64,000 nucleotides of DNA from Bacteroidota bacterium (GTDB lineage: Bacteria > Bacteroidota > JABWAT01), in NCBI GenBank assembly GCA_013360915.1, contig JABWAT010000001.1, positions 468,981-532,980 on the forward strand, in the 5' to 3' direction. The notes below the pieces were generated by a model that worked only from the letters and a program-made list of their open reading frames with translations, had not been told where the DNA came from and did no database searches. The position numbers were made by a program, and so were the translations under genes. Below, in pieces: positions 37,507 to 46,745 of the stretch (positions are counted from its first letter, which is position 1; the number at the start of each line of letters is the position of its first letter).

Positions 37507-38171
37507 TTCACACCTTCCGGAATCAGGGCCACCACAGTTTCGCCGGCGCGGGTGATGTCCTGTGGTTTAACCTTTATTTCCCAGGAGGCTGGAACAATGA
37601 TATCGACGCGTGAACCAAATTTGATCATTCCGAACCGGGTTCCCTTGGTCACGGTTTTTCCCACTTCAATATCGGGGTACACGATCCGGCGGGCCACAAA
37701 ACCGGCAATCTGCTTAAAAAGAACCTTGTTTTTGCCGTTTTCTATTCCGATTTCACTCCGTTCATTTTCCTCAGAGGCCCGGTCTTCCCAGGCTTTCAGA
37801 AACAGTCCCGGATGGTATTTCAGCAGTGTGACCGTTCCGTTCATGGGAATCCGGTTTACGTGAACATTCAATGGCGACATAAAAACGGCCACCAGAGTTG
37901 CTGGGCCACCGATAAATTCATCGTGATCCAGTTTTTTAATCATTACCACGGTTCCGTCGGCAGGAGAAACAATGGCGGAAGGATCAGAATCGGTTTTACG
38001 CTCGGGATCCCTGAAGAAATTGAGGGCAAAACCAATAAAGGCAATGACCAGCAGATCGACCAGCAAGGTCAGTCCGGGAACCCAGGAAAGAAACCAGTGA
38101 ACCAGTATGGCAACAGACAGAGCAATCAGTACACTCTTGAGGAATGTTGAACGGCCATAGGGGGTGATCAT
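37503..38171 (-). CDS. psd: Phosphatidylserine decarboxylase proenzyme
   Basis: 222 aa with a C-terminal FGSRVD self-cleavage (GS) motif. Overlaps pssA and purC by 4 nt each. Confidence 0.85.
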   Translation of the reverse strand: MITPYGRSTFLKSVLIALSVAILVHWFLSWVPGLTLLVDLLVIAFIGFALNFFRDPERKTDSDPSAIVSPADGTVVMIKKLDHDEFIGGPATLVAVFMSPLNVHVNRIPMNGTVTLLKYHPGLFLKAWEDRASEENERSEIGIENGKNKVLFKQIAGFVARRIVYPDIEVGKTVTKGTRFGMIKFGSRVDIIVPASWEIKVKPQDITRAGETVVALIPEGVK

Positions 38172-38887
38172 TTATTTACAGCTCCTGTAATGCGGGAAAG
38201 TACTTCCTGATAGGTTTCTTCGACAAGTCCAAGATCGAACCGGAACCGGTCTTTATCCATTTTCTCATTGGTAACGGCATCCCAGAACCGGCAGGTATCG
38301 GGCGAAATCTCGTCACCGAGGAGGATTTGATTCTTATGTACGCCAAACTCCAGTTTAAAATCGACCAGTTTCAGCCGACGATCAAGAAAGAAAGCCGAAA
38401 GAAGCTGATTAATCTGGAGCGCCTGCTTTTTCATCTCGGCCAGTTGTTCCCGGGTGGCCAGATTAAACATGACCACATGATCGTCATTCATCAGGGGATC
38501 ACCAAGGGAATCATTTTTATAGTAGCACTCAATGATTGGCTGACCAAGCACCATTCCTTCTTTGATGCCGTATCGTTTTACCAGCGAGCCGGCTGCGACA
38601 TTCCGCACCACCAATTCAACCGGAAGAATGGTCAGGCGTTTAATGAGCATCTCGCGGTCGCTCAGTTTCCTGACGTAATGCGTTGGAATTCCCTTCGATT
38701 CGAGCAGCGTGAAAAGGGCCGAGGAGATGGTATTGTTAACCACGCCCTTGTCGGCAATCTGGCCTTTTTTCAGGCCATTGAAGGCAGTGGCATCATCCTT
38801 GAATTCCTGGATGACCAGATCAGGATCGGTGGTGGCAAATACTTTCTTTGCCTTTCCCTCATAAATGAGAGTCGTTTTTTCAGCCAT
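38168..38887 (-). CDS. purC: Phosphoribosylaminoimidazole-succinocarboxamide synthase
   Basis: 239 aa. LIYEGKAKKVF is a SAICAR synthetase motif. Confidence 0.9.
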   Translation of the reverse strand: MAEKTTLIYEGKAKKVFATTDPDLVIQEFKDDATAFNGLKKGQIADKGVVNNTISSALFTLLESKGIPTHYVRKLSDREMLIKRLTILPVELVVRNVAAGSLVKRYGIKEGMVLGQPIIECYYKNDSLGDPLMNDDHVVMFNLATREQLAEMKKQALQINQLLSAFFLDRRLKLVDFKLEFGVHKNQILLGDEISPDTCRFWDAVTNEKMDKDRFRFDLGLVEETYQEVLSRITGAVNK

Positions 38888-38893
38888 GGTTGG

Positions 38894-40192
38894 TTAGTCT
38901 CCGAGTCCGACCCGCCGGAAGATGGCATCCACATTCCGGATGCTTTTGCGGATATCGAACAATGAATCGAGTTCATCTGGGGTAAAATACTTCATGATTT
39001 CCTGATCTTCCAGCAGGTAATCTTTAAAGGCGCGGCGGGTTTCCCAGGTTTTCATGGCGTTGCGCTGTACCATGAGGTAGGACGCTTCCCTGCTGACTCC
39101 TTTGTTGGTCAGGGCAATCAGCAGTGTTTGAGAGAACGTAAGTCCGTGGGTGATTTCCAGGTTTTTCAGCATGGAATCCGGATAAACAATCAGACGGTCC
39201 AGCACATCGGTGATCAGGGCCAGCATATAATCGAGGAGAATGGTGCTGTCGGGTATGATAATCCGTTCCACGGATGAATGGCTGATATCACGTTCGTGCC
39301 ACAGAGCCACATTTTCCATGGCCGCCATGGCATTTCCACGAAGGACCCTTGCCAGGCCGGCAACCCTTTCACAGGTGATCGGATTTCTTTTATGAGGCAT
39401 GGCAGAGGAGCCTTTTTGCCCTTTTGAGAAGTATTCCTCTGCTTCCAGAACCTCGGTTTTCTGCAGATGCCTGATTTCGGTAGCAAATTTTTCAAGAGAG
39501 GAACCAATCACGGCCAGCACCGACAGGTATTCGGCATGCCGGTCCCGCTGAATGATCTGTGTACTGACCGGAGCTGGTTTTAATCCCAGCCGGGCACAAA
39601 CTGCTTCTTCAATTTCCGGGGACAAATGCTCAAAGGTTCCTACTGCACCGCTGAGCTTACCGACTGCAATACGTCCGGTGGCAGCCTGAAGGCGCTCAAT
39701 ATTCCGTCTTGTTTCATCGAACCAGAGTGCCAGTTTTAATCCGAAAGTTACCGGTTCTGCGTGGATGCCATGAGTACGGCCAATCTGCAGGGTGTATTTG
39801 AACTCCTTCGCCCTGCGTGCAAGCACATCGCGCAGGGTTTCGAGATCCTTCAGAAGAATGCCGGAAGCCCGGACCATCTGCACGGACAACCCGGTATCGA
39901 GGATATCGGATGAGGTCATTCCCTGATGGACAAACCGGGACGGTTCACCGATATAACTGTTCATATCGGTCAGAAAGGCGATTACATCGTGCTTAACGGT
40001 TTTTTCGATCTCGAGGACCGAGTCGGTATCGAAATTGGCCTTTTCCCGGATGGCACGTGCCGCTTCAACCGGAATTTCTCCCCGTTCGGCCCTGACTTCA
40101 CAAGCCAGTATTTCGATTTCCATCCAGGCTTTGAATCTGGACTCTGTGGACCAGACTTCACCCATTTCATGACGGGTATACCGTTCAATCAT
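38894..40192 (-). CDS. purB: Adenylosuccinate lyase
   Basis: 432 aa. MIERYTRHEM at the N-terminus and the fumarate-lyase signature region. Confidence 0.9.
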   Translation of the reverse strand: MIERYTRHEMGEVWSTESRFKAWMEIEILACEVRAERGEIPVEAARAIREKANFDTDSVLEIEKTVKHDVIAFLTDMNSYIGEPSRFVHQGMTSSDILDTGLSVQMVRASGILLKDLETLRDVLARRAKEFKYTLQIGRTHGIHAEPVTFGLKLALWFDETRRNIERLQAATGRIAVGKLSGAVGTFEHLSPEIEEAVCARLGLKPAPVSTQIIQRDRHAEYLSVLAVIGSSLEKFATEIRHLQKTEVLEAEEYFSKGQKGSSAMPHKRNPITCERVAGLARVLRGNAMAAMENVALWHERDISHSSVERIIIPDSTILLDYMLALITDVLDRLIVYPDSMLKNLEITHGLTFSQTLLIALTNKGVSREASYLMVQRNAMKTWETRRAFKDYLLEDQEIMKYFTPDELDSLFDIRKSIRNVDAIFRRVGLGD

Positions 40193-40195
40193 GTT

Positions 40196-41431
40196 TTACT
40201 TTCCATCAGGCCTTCTGGCCAGTGTTACCGTTTTTTTAATGTCTTTTCCATCTCTGACAATATCGAGATCCAGCTTATCCCCAGGCTTGGAATCACGCTG
40301 AAAGATCAGCAGATCATTCGAGGTGCGGATGGGCAGATTGTTGATTCGGGTAATCACATCGGCCGGTCTGACGTCGGATTTTTCTGCCGGACTTCCGTTT
40401 TCCACTTCAACAACCACAACGCCTTCGACATTTTTCAGGTTAAAGTATCTGGCGACCGCCGGGTCCAGGGTCTGGACTTTCAGGCCAGACCAGAATGACC
40501 GGTCCACTTTTCCGGTGGCCTTCAGTTCTTCCACGATAGATTTGGCCCGGTTAATGGGAATGGCGAATCCAAGACCGATGTTACCCTGATTGAACTGACC
40601 GCCTGTGTAAATGAAACTGTTGACACCGATGACCTCGCCGAGCGCATTACAGAGCGGACCGCCCGAGTTACCCGAATTGATGGCGGCATCGGTCTGAATC
40701 ATGTCCCGGTAAATCCGGTTTTCATTCATAACAAAATTCATGCGGGTATTTGAAACCACTCCAACGGTAACCGTTGGCTGGTCGTTGATGTCGAAAAGTC
40801 CGAAGGGATTCCCGAGAGCAATGGCCCACTCGCCCACCATTACCTGATCGGAATTGCCCAATTCCAGAAAAGGAAGGTTTTTGCCATCCACCTTCAGCAG
40901 GGCGATATCTGAGATCGGATCGGATCCGACGATTTCAGCATCGAATTTCCGGCCACCTGGCAAGGTTACAATGATTTTGCTGGCGTTTCCTGCCACGTGA
41001 TAGTTGGTCAGAATGTATCCATCGGGAGAAATGATAAATCCGGAACCCAGTCCCTTCACCTCGTACTGCTGTGAACGGCGTTGCTGAAAGAAATGATTGA
41101 AAAACGGGTCGTTCCGGAACAAATCGGCAAATGGGTCGCGGTATTCGCGGATTTCGGTCACATTAATTCCTACCACGGCCGGACTGATCGCCCTGACTGC
41201 AGTGGTTATCACCGTTTGCCTGGACTCATAGATGACCTGATTAACTGAATCACGGGTCAGTCTGGTTGGTTCGGGCGTGGTAATGACTGTCGCCTCGGGA
41301 ACACCGGGCTGCTCATGGGCAGGCACGGGTTGTTCCTGTGGCTGACAGGCAAGAAGTAAGGTTAGTAGTGGGGTGAACATCATCGGGTATCCTCTCATGG
41401 TTCTATCCTTAAGAAGTGAAGAAAGCACCAT
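40196..41431 (-). CDS. htrA: HtrA/DegP-like trypsin-family serine protease with PDZ domain
   Basis: GSGFIISPDGYILTNYHV and GNSGGPL form the catalytic triad region, with a C-terminal PDZ domain. The likely start is the internal Met (MMFTPLLTLLLAC). Confidence 0.85.
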   Translation of the reverse strand: MVLSSLLKDRTMRGYPMMFTPLLTLLLACQPQEQPVPAHEQPGVPEATVITTPEPTRLTRDSVNQVIYESRQTVITTAVRAISPAVVGINVTEIREYRDPFADLFRNDPFFNHFFQQRRSQQYEVKGLGSGFIISPDGYILTNYHVAGNASKIIVTLPGGRKFDAEIVGSDPISDIALLKVDGKNLPFLELGNSDQVMVGEWAIALGNPFGLFDINDQPTVTVGVVSNTRMNFVMNENRIYRDMIQTDAAINSGNSGGPLCNALGEVIGVNSFIYTGGQFNQGNIGLGFAIPINRAKSIVEELKATGKVDRSFWSGLKVQTLDPAVARYFNLKNVEGVVVVEVENGSPAEKSDVRPADVITRINNLPIRTSNDLLIFQRDSKPGDKLDLDIVRDGKDIKKTVTLARRPDGK

Positions 41432-41443
41432 TAAGTCCCGGTT

Positions 41444-42088
41444 TTACTTGTTTTTGTTCCAATCCTTCAGAAAACGCTCGATCCCGATATCGGTAAGCGG
41501 GTGTTTTACCAACTGATCAAACACTTTGAAAGGCATGGTGGCCACATCGGCCCCGATCATGGCCGCATCAACGATGTGGAGCGGATGCCGGATGGAAGCA
41601 ACAAGCACTTCGGTTCTGAAGTCATAATTGCGGTAAATGGTGACAATCTGATGGATCAGTTGCATTCCATCCTGCGAAATGTCATCGAGCCGACCGACAA
41701 AGGGAGATATAAAGGTGGCCCCGGCTTTTGCAGCCAGCAAGGCCTGAGAAGGCGAAAAGCAAAGAGTCACATTGACCATTCCACCTTCACCAGTGATGGT
41801 TTTACAGGCCTTCAGGCCGTCTTTGGTCAGGGGTACTTTGATGGTGACATTGGAGGCAATTTTCCGGAGAACTTCAGCTTCTTTCATCATTCCGGCGTAA
41901 TCGGTTGAGATGACTTCGGCTGAAACCGGACCCGGGACCAGTTTACAGATATCGGCGATATGACCGTGGAAGTCCTTAACACCTTCTGCTGCAACAAGAG
42001 AGGGATTGGTGGTGACGCCATCGAGAATTCCGAGACTGGCGGCCTCCCTGATTTCATTGAGATTGGCAGTATCAATAAAAAATTTCAT
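41444..42088 (-). CDS. tal: Transaldolase / fructose-6-phosphate aldolase family protein (type 3B)
   Basis: [31 protein letters not shown]. The track start at 42109 is a TTG. The ATG at 42088 is more plausible. Confidence 0.85.
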   Translation of the reverse strand: MKFFIDTANLNEIREAASLGILDGVTTNPSLVAAEGVKDFHGHIADICKLVPGPVSAEVISTDYAGMMKEAEVLRKIASNVTIKVPLTKDGLKACKTITGEGGMVNVTLCFSPSQALLAAKAGATFISPFVGRLDDISQDGMQLIHQIVTIYRNYDFRTEVLVASIRHPLHIVDAAMIGADVATMPFKVFDQLVKHPLTDIGIERFLKDWNKNK

Positions 42089-42118
42089 GGTGAAACCCGG
42101 ATTCGTCAATAAAAAAAA

Positions 42119-42225
42119 TCCTGAAGTAAGCTACCCGGTATCACCCAAGTTGTCGACCTGCCGTTGCTTCCTTCCGGACCTGGCGGGGTTCGGTGAGTCC
42201 TCGTCGCACCGGACTTACTTCAGGA
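42119..42225 (-). ncRNA. ffs: Signal recognition particle RNA (small bacterial 4.5S type)
   Basis: The minus-strand sequence contains CCAGGUCCGGAAGGAAGCAACGGCAGG, the conserved SRP RNA domain IV with its GGAA tetraloop. The whole element is closed by a 12-bp terminal helix (tcctgaagtaag / cttacttcagga) and followed by a U8 tract. Confidence 0.7.
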
Positions 42226-42311
42226 ACGGCAAAGGTAGGAAACCGCGCCGACGGATTCAAATCGGTGCATGGAGTTCATGCGATCGGACCCCGTTAACGC
42301 TCCGGAAGCGG

Positions 42312-43769
42312 TTATTTAAGCCCCAGTTCCTTGCACATCCGGTAGAAGTTTGAAGGAGCCAGCCCCAATTTTTCGGCGGCTCTTGAGTCGGAACTGGAGA
42401 TGCTGCGCACGTAGGAAAAGTACTTTTTCCTGAAAATCCGTTCCATATCCCGAAAGGGCAAAACCTGCGTTCCGATCAGGTTATCGAAGTTGTTTTCCTC
42501 TTTGGATACCAGGTTATTCCTCAGAATCATCGGGTCAGAGACATCGGCTGCCGATATGTAACCGCTGGTATTCAGAACCAGTCGCTGAGCCACATTCCTG
42601 AGTTCCCTGACGTTCCCTGGCCATTTGTAATTTCTCAATATTTCCCGTGCCATGTCGTCAATTTCTGGAATGAGGACATTCATATCGGTACAGAACTGTC
42701 TGACGAAGTGCTCGAACAGCAGGATGATATCATCTCCTCTGGATTTCAGCGGAGGAATCTCAATCGGGATCACATTGAGCCGGTAATACAGATCTTCTCT
42801 GAACCGGTTATTGTTCACCTCGGCTGCAAGGTCTTTGTTCGTGGCAGCAATGATGCGGACATTGACCGATTGCTTCTTTGTACGGCCGATTTTTTCAATT
42901 TCCCCTTCCTGAAGCACCCTGAGCAGCTTTACCTGTGCTGAAAGCGGAAGTTCGGCTACTTCATCCAGAAAGATGGTTCCGTTGTTTGCAATTTCGAATA
43001 ACCCCTGTTTGCTTGATTGGGCACCTGTAAAAGCCCCCTTTTCGTATCCAAACAGTTCTGATTCAATCAGATCATCAGGAATAGAGCCGCAATTGATGGG
43101 TACAAAATTTTCATCACGACGATTGCTTTTCAGGTGGATATTCCAGGCCACCAGTTCTTTGCCGGTTCCGCTGGGACCGGTAATAATCACATTCGCGTCG
43201 CTTCGGGCATATTTATCAATGGCCTCTCTGACCTGCATGATGGCCCGTGATTCACCAATAATTTTTTTTGCTTCCAACTGGTTTTTCACGTTCTGACTGA
43301 GCTTTTTATCTGAGTGTGTTTTATGCTGCTCCAGTTTCTTCCTTTCGTGGGCATTGAAAATACTCAGAATAAAATCGGTCGGCTGATAAATGTAGTCTTC
43401 AATATTTCCCGGATACTTGGTACAATACCAATAGGCACCCGACTTAATGAGACTGTTGGCAAAATTATAATCGGTGATATTAATGGTCATTTTGGTAATG
43501 ACGATAATCTGGATAAAAGGATCAATTCTTTTAATTTCTGAAATTAATTCTTCACCGCGCAATCCACCTGAAATCTGATAATCCATGATCACAATGTCGA
43601 CGCCATCCGAATTATCTTTCAACCAGTCAATGGCTGCTTTTCCATTGGAAACCACCGATCTGATTTTTAGCCGGTCGGCGTAGTAGTTAAGGGTATTCTT
43701 CACCCTGCGGACATCGAAATCCTCATCTTCCACCAATAAAATATTGATCATTTCGGCCACTCCAGCCAT
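42312..43769 (-). CDS. Sigma-54-dependent response regulator (NtrC family: receiver, AAA+, HTH)
   Basis: 485 aa. The receiver has IVIMDYQISGG. The AAA+ domain has ITGPSGTGKE and the GAFTGA loop (EKGAFTGAQ). There is a C-terminal Fis-type HTH. Confidence 0.9.
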   Translation of the reverse strand: MAGVAEMINILLVEDEDFDVRRVKNTLNYYADRLKIRSVVSNGKAAIDWLKDNSDGVDIVIMDYQISGGLRGEELISEIKRIDPFIQIIVITKMTINITDYNFANSLIKSGAYWYCTKYPGNIEDYIYQPTDFILSIFNAHERKKLEQHKTHSDKKLSQNVKNQLEAKKIIGESRAIMQVREAIDKYARSDANVIITGPSGTGKELVAWNIHLKSNRRDENFVPINCGSIPDDLIESELFGYEKGAFTGAQSSKQGLFEIANNGTIFLDEVAELPLSAQVKLLRVLQEGEIEKIGRTKKQSVNVRIIAATNKDLAAEVNNNRFREDLYYRLNVIPIEIPPLKSRGDDIILLFEHFVRQFCTDMNVLIPEIDDMAREILRNYKWPGNVRELRNVAQRLVLNTSGYISAADVSDPMILRNNLVSKEENNFDNLIGTQVLPFRDMERIFRKKYFSYVRSISSSDSRAAEKLGLAPSNFYRMCKELGLK

Positions 43770-43776
43770 ACCTACC

Positions 43777-45321
43777 TCAATGTTTGATTATCATGGTAAA
43801 CCGACAACCCTCTGGTTGCAGGTTTTCGGCTTTCACAGTCCAGCCACATTTTCCCACGGCTAACTGCCAGGCAATGTAACACCCATAACCCGCGCCGGAT
43901 GCGGTAACCACCTTGGTTGATTCATTTTCCTGAAATAATCGGGGTACACCATTCTCACCCGGATCGAGCAGCCAGGGTTTGATGCCCACACCATTATCCT
44001 GAATGGTAATGATGGTTTGATTCTGATCCCGCTGATAACGTGTCCGGATGAGGATATGAATCTGGGATTTTTTACCGTGGTCGATGGAATTCTGAATAAT
44101 TGGTTCCAGAATTTCCCAGACCACAAATTCATTTACAGGAATTTTGGGAACGGCCGGGTCGAGATCGGTTTCGAAGGAAAACATTTCATTGCGGGAGGAA
44201 ATCCGCAAAAAGACATAATCAAGTATAAACCTTACGACCTCATTCACCGAAGTGGAAAACATCGGATTCACAATGGTATTGATTGGCTGGTCATACCATT
44301 TCATATCATAAATAATACGGGAAATAAAATTGGCGTAGGTAATGACTCTTTTGCGGGTCTCATCCAGATTTTCAGGACTGATCTGCCTGAGATCCTCCTT
44401 GATAAATCCGATGATTTTTTCTGCCTTGTGGTTGGTATGATAAATCCGTTTGGTAAACAGAGATTCTTTTTCGAGCCGAATCTGCCTTGTCAGGTTTTCT
44501 TCATGCTCAAGATAAAATTTCTGCTGGGCCTCATTCCGTTCTTTCACGGCCTGTGATGAGACGATAAAAATCCCCAGTAATCCGATAAAAATAAGTGCCG
44601 AGTAAAGAAAGGTGACGTTATCGAGTCCGGAGGAAACCTCCTCGGTGATAAAGGAAAAATTTGGTGTGATTTTCATAAAAAGCACACCGAGATATTCCCC
44701 ATTCGGGACGAAGGGAACCAACACGTGAAAATTTCCTGAGAGGTCTCTCGAAGAAAACAGGACCTCTTCATTTTTCATCCGTTCCTTGTTCTGATGAAAC
44801 AACTGAACGGCATCGGAATGCTTTCCGGAGGAGTGGCTGTAGGCCGGAAGGTCATTTCTGATAAACTGAGCAAGGTGCTGACCGCTTTCAATCACATAAA
44901 GCTGGTGGTGGCGGACCAGGATAAGGCAGATATCCTTCACATTCCCCTGAATGATCTGCTGCCGGAAAACCACGTTCAGCGAGGAAATGATTTTCCGCTC
45001 GTTGTGATCACTCAGCAATTTATCGGTGAACATGTTTTCAGAGATGAGTTCCAGGCTGGTGGTGGTCACGATTGCCAGACGCTCTGCGGCATCCTTCTGA
45101 TACCAGGATTGTGTCTGATCGAGTAATTCGTTAACCGCTGATTTCTGGATAAAAGTAACCCCGATCTGAAAGCCGATCAGGACGAGAAAAAAAATCGTGA
45201 TATGGGTTATTTCGAACCGGTACTGAAAATATTTGCGAAGGATTTTTTCTTTTAGCATTGAAGTGGACTCAGTAACCGTTTTTCTTTTCCAGTGCTTCAC
45301 TTCTGATTGCGGAGGAAGCAT
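43777..45321 (-). CDS. Sensor histidine kinase with two TM helices flanking a ~170-aa periplasmic domain
   Basis: The C-terminal HATPase_c domain has the N box EPIIQNSIDHG, G1 DNGVGI and G2 GAGYG. A candidate H-box is RIYHTNHKAEKI. The true start may be the internal Met (MLKEK, ~45258), which would avoid overlap with the SBP-like gene. Confidence 0.75.
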   Translation of the reverse strand: MLPPQSEVKHWKRKTVTESTSMLKEKILRKYFQYRFEITHITIFFLVLIGFQIGVTFIQKSAVNELLDQTQSWYQKDAAERLAIVTTTSLELISENMFTDKLLSDHNERKIISSLNVVFRQQIIQGNVKDICLILVRHHQLYVIESGQHLAQFIRNDLPAYSHSSGKHSDAVQLFHQNKERMKNEEVLFSSRDLSGNFHVLVPFVPNGEYLGVLFMKITPNFSFITEEVSSGLDNVTFLYSALIFIGLLGIFIVSSQAVKERNEAQQKFYLEHEENLTRQIRLEKESLFTKRIYHTNHKAEKIIGFIKEDLRQISPENLDETRKRVITYANFISRIIYDMKWYDQPINTIVNPMFSTSVNEVVRFILDYVFLRISSRNEMFSFETDLDPAVPKIPVNEFVVWEILEPIIQNSIDHGKKSQIHILIRTRYQRDQNQTIITIQDNGVGIKPWLLDPGENGVPRLFQENESTKVVTASGAGYGCYIAWQLAVGKCGWTVKAENLQPEGCRFTMIIKH

Positions 45322-46615
45322 TAATCAGGGCTTTTTCAACCGGAACCTTCCCCTGAACTGCCTCTGTAAACCATGCGGACATGATTTCTGAATACTTGGT
45401 ATATTCTTCATGCCGTGGCCGGTGAACTCCGAACCCAATCTTTTTCAGATTTTCTTTCAATTCCGGGTAACGGCTCTGGTAACCAGGATCGGTGTATAAA
45501 TCACCGATGACCGGGTAATACCCTGCTCTGCTGTACATGAGTTCCTGAGATTCCGTTCTGAGCAAAAACTTGATGAAGTCGATGGCTTCAGCCTTTTTAG
45601 AAGAAAATTTACTAACCATCAGATTCCATCCACCGAATACCGAGGCGGGGGTGGATCCACGGAAATGAGGCATCATCACTTTTCTAATCAGTTTCTGCCG
45701 GTTTGTATCGATGGGACTGTCCACAAAATCCTTGTCGTAGGTGGGCCAGCCTCTGACAAAGTAGGCATCATTGAGGAGGAAGTATTCGAAACTCGGTAAG
45801 TCAGTAAAGTCGGCCACTTTTGTGGGTGTGGCTTTATAGGTATGGATCAGGTCGGTAAGGAAATGAAGTGACCGCCGGGCTTCTGAGGTATTAAAATCGA
45901 ACCCGTAGTCGGTGAAATAGCGCGGATTCTGACTGAGCAGCAATTCGGTGAAGGTGCAGATAAAGCCTTCAAAGGAGGCGGCAGGGAAAATATAATAAGG
46001 CTTTGACTGGTCTGCGTAACGTTGCCAGGCAAGTAATTCTTCCCAGGTTATGCCTGACTCAAGTTTATTAATCAGTTCCGCTGAGTTTTTCATTGAACCG
46101 ACCAGATCGGTGCGGTAGTACAACACGCCCTGCACCAGATCGAAAGGAACGGCCATCAACTCGCCTTCATAGTAGCAGGATTCAAGCGCAACCGGAAGAA
46201 TTCTGCCAATTTCTTCGTCGGAAAAATACTGTTCGAGCGGTTCGCTCCACTTCGCGAAGCGCTGAACCCAGATCAGATCAACAGCCAGAATATCAATACC
46301 GGTTTCTCTGCCTCTGAGAGACCTTGCAAGTAACTCCTTCCGCTCATTGGTACTGAAATCAAAATTGGGAAAATCGACCGGGATTACCCGTACTTTCCCA
46401 CTGTTTTCTGCATTGTATCGGGCAATCAGTTCTTCATGAGCCGGTGTCATCCGGTCGGCAAAGAAAAGTTCTGTGACTTTCTGCGGTTCTTCACCATTCT
46501 TCATCAGGATGGTGGCCATGTAGATACCCGCCACCAGGATCAGGAATCCGATGGCCAGTAATTGGCGTTTACGGTCTTTAATGTAATTCTGGTTCAATTC
46601 ATCCATGTTCAGCAT
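45269..46615 (-). CDS. Membrane-anchored extracellular solute-binding-protein-like (SBP family 1-like) sensor protein
   Basis: 448 aa. An N-terminal TM anchor (LLAIGFLILVAGIYMATIL) is followed by a periplasmic domain that looks like sugar-binding SBPs. No ABC permease or ATPase genes are adjacent. It is the first gene of the HK-RR operon. Confidence 0.65.
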   Translation of the reverse strand: MLNMDELNQNYIKDRKRQLLAIGFLILVAGIYMATILMKNGEEPQKVTELFFADRMTPAHEELIARYNAENSGKVRVIPVDFPNFDFSTNERKELLARSLRGRETGIDILAVDLIWVQRFAKWSEPLEQYFSDEEIGRILPVALESCYYEGELMAVPFDLVQGVLYYRTDLVGSMKNSAELINKLESGITWEELLAWQRYADQSKPYYIFPAASFEGFICTFTELLLSQNPRYFTDYGFDFNTSEARRSLHFLTDLIHTYKATPTKVADFTDLPSFEYFLLNDAYFVRGWPTYDKDFVDSPIDTNRQKLIRKVMMPHFRGSTPASVFGGWNLMVSKFSSKKAEAIDFIKFLLRTESQELMYSRAGYYPVIGDLYTDPGYQSRYPELKENLKKIGFGVHRPRHEEYTKYSEIMSAWFTEAVQGKVPVEKALINASSAIRSEALEKKNGY

Positions 46616-46689
46616 ACCAGACCTGCAAGGTCATTGTGATGGGGAATTTGCGACCCAACCCCGGATCGGAATCCGGCAAAACAGCGAAG

Positions 46690-46722
46690 CCCGGTGTTTT
46701 ATCAAAATAATAAAACACCGGG
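46690..46722 (-). terminator. Candidate terminator after the GH26 gene: 12-bp perfect stem (cccggtgtttta / taaaacaccggg) with a 9-nt loop.
   Basis: Read directly, ~25 nt downstream of the GH26 stop. The U-tract is weak (gctgtttt). Confidence 0.45.
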
Positions 46723-46745
46723 CCAATCCCTTCCGCCGGAAAACA

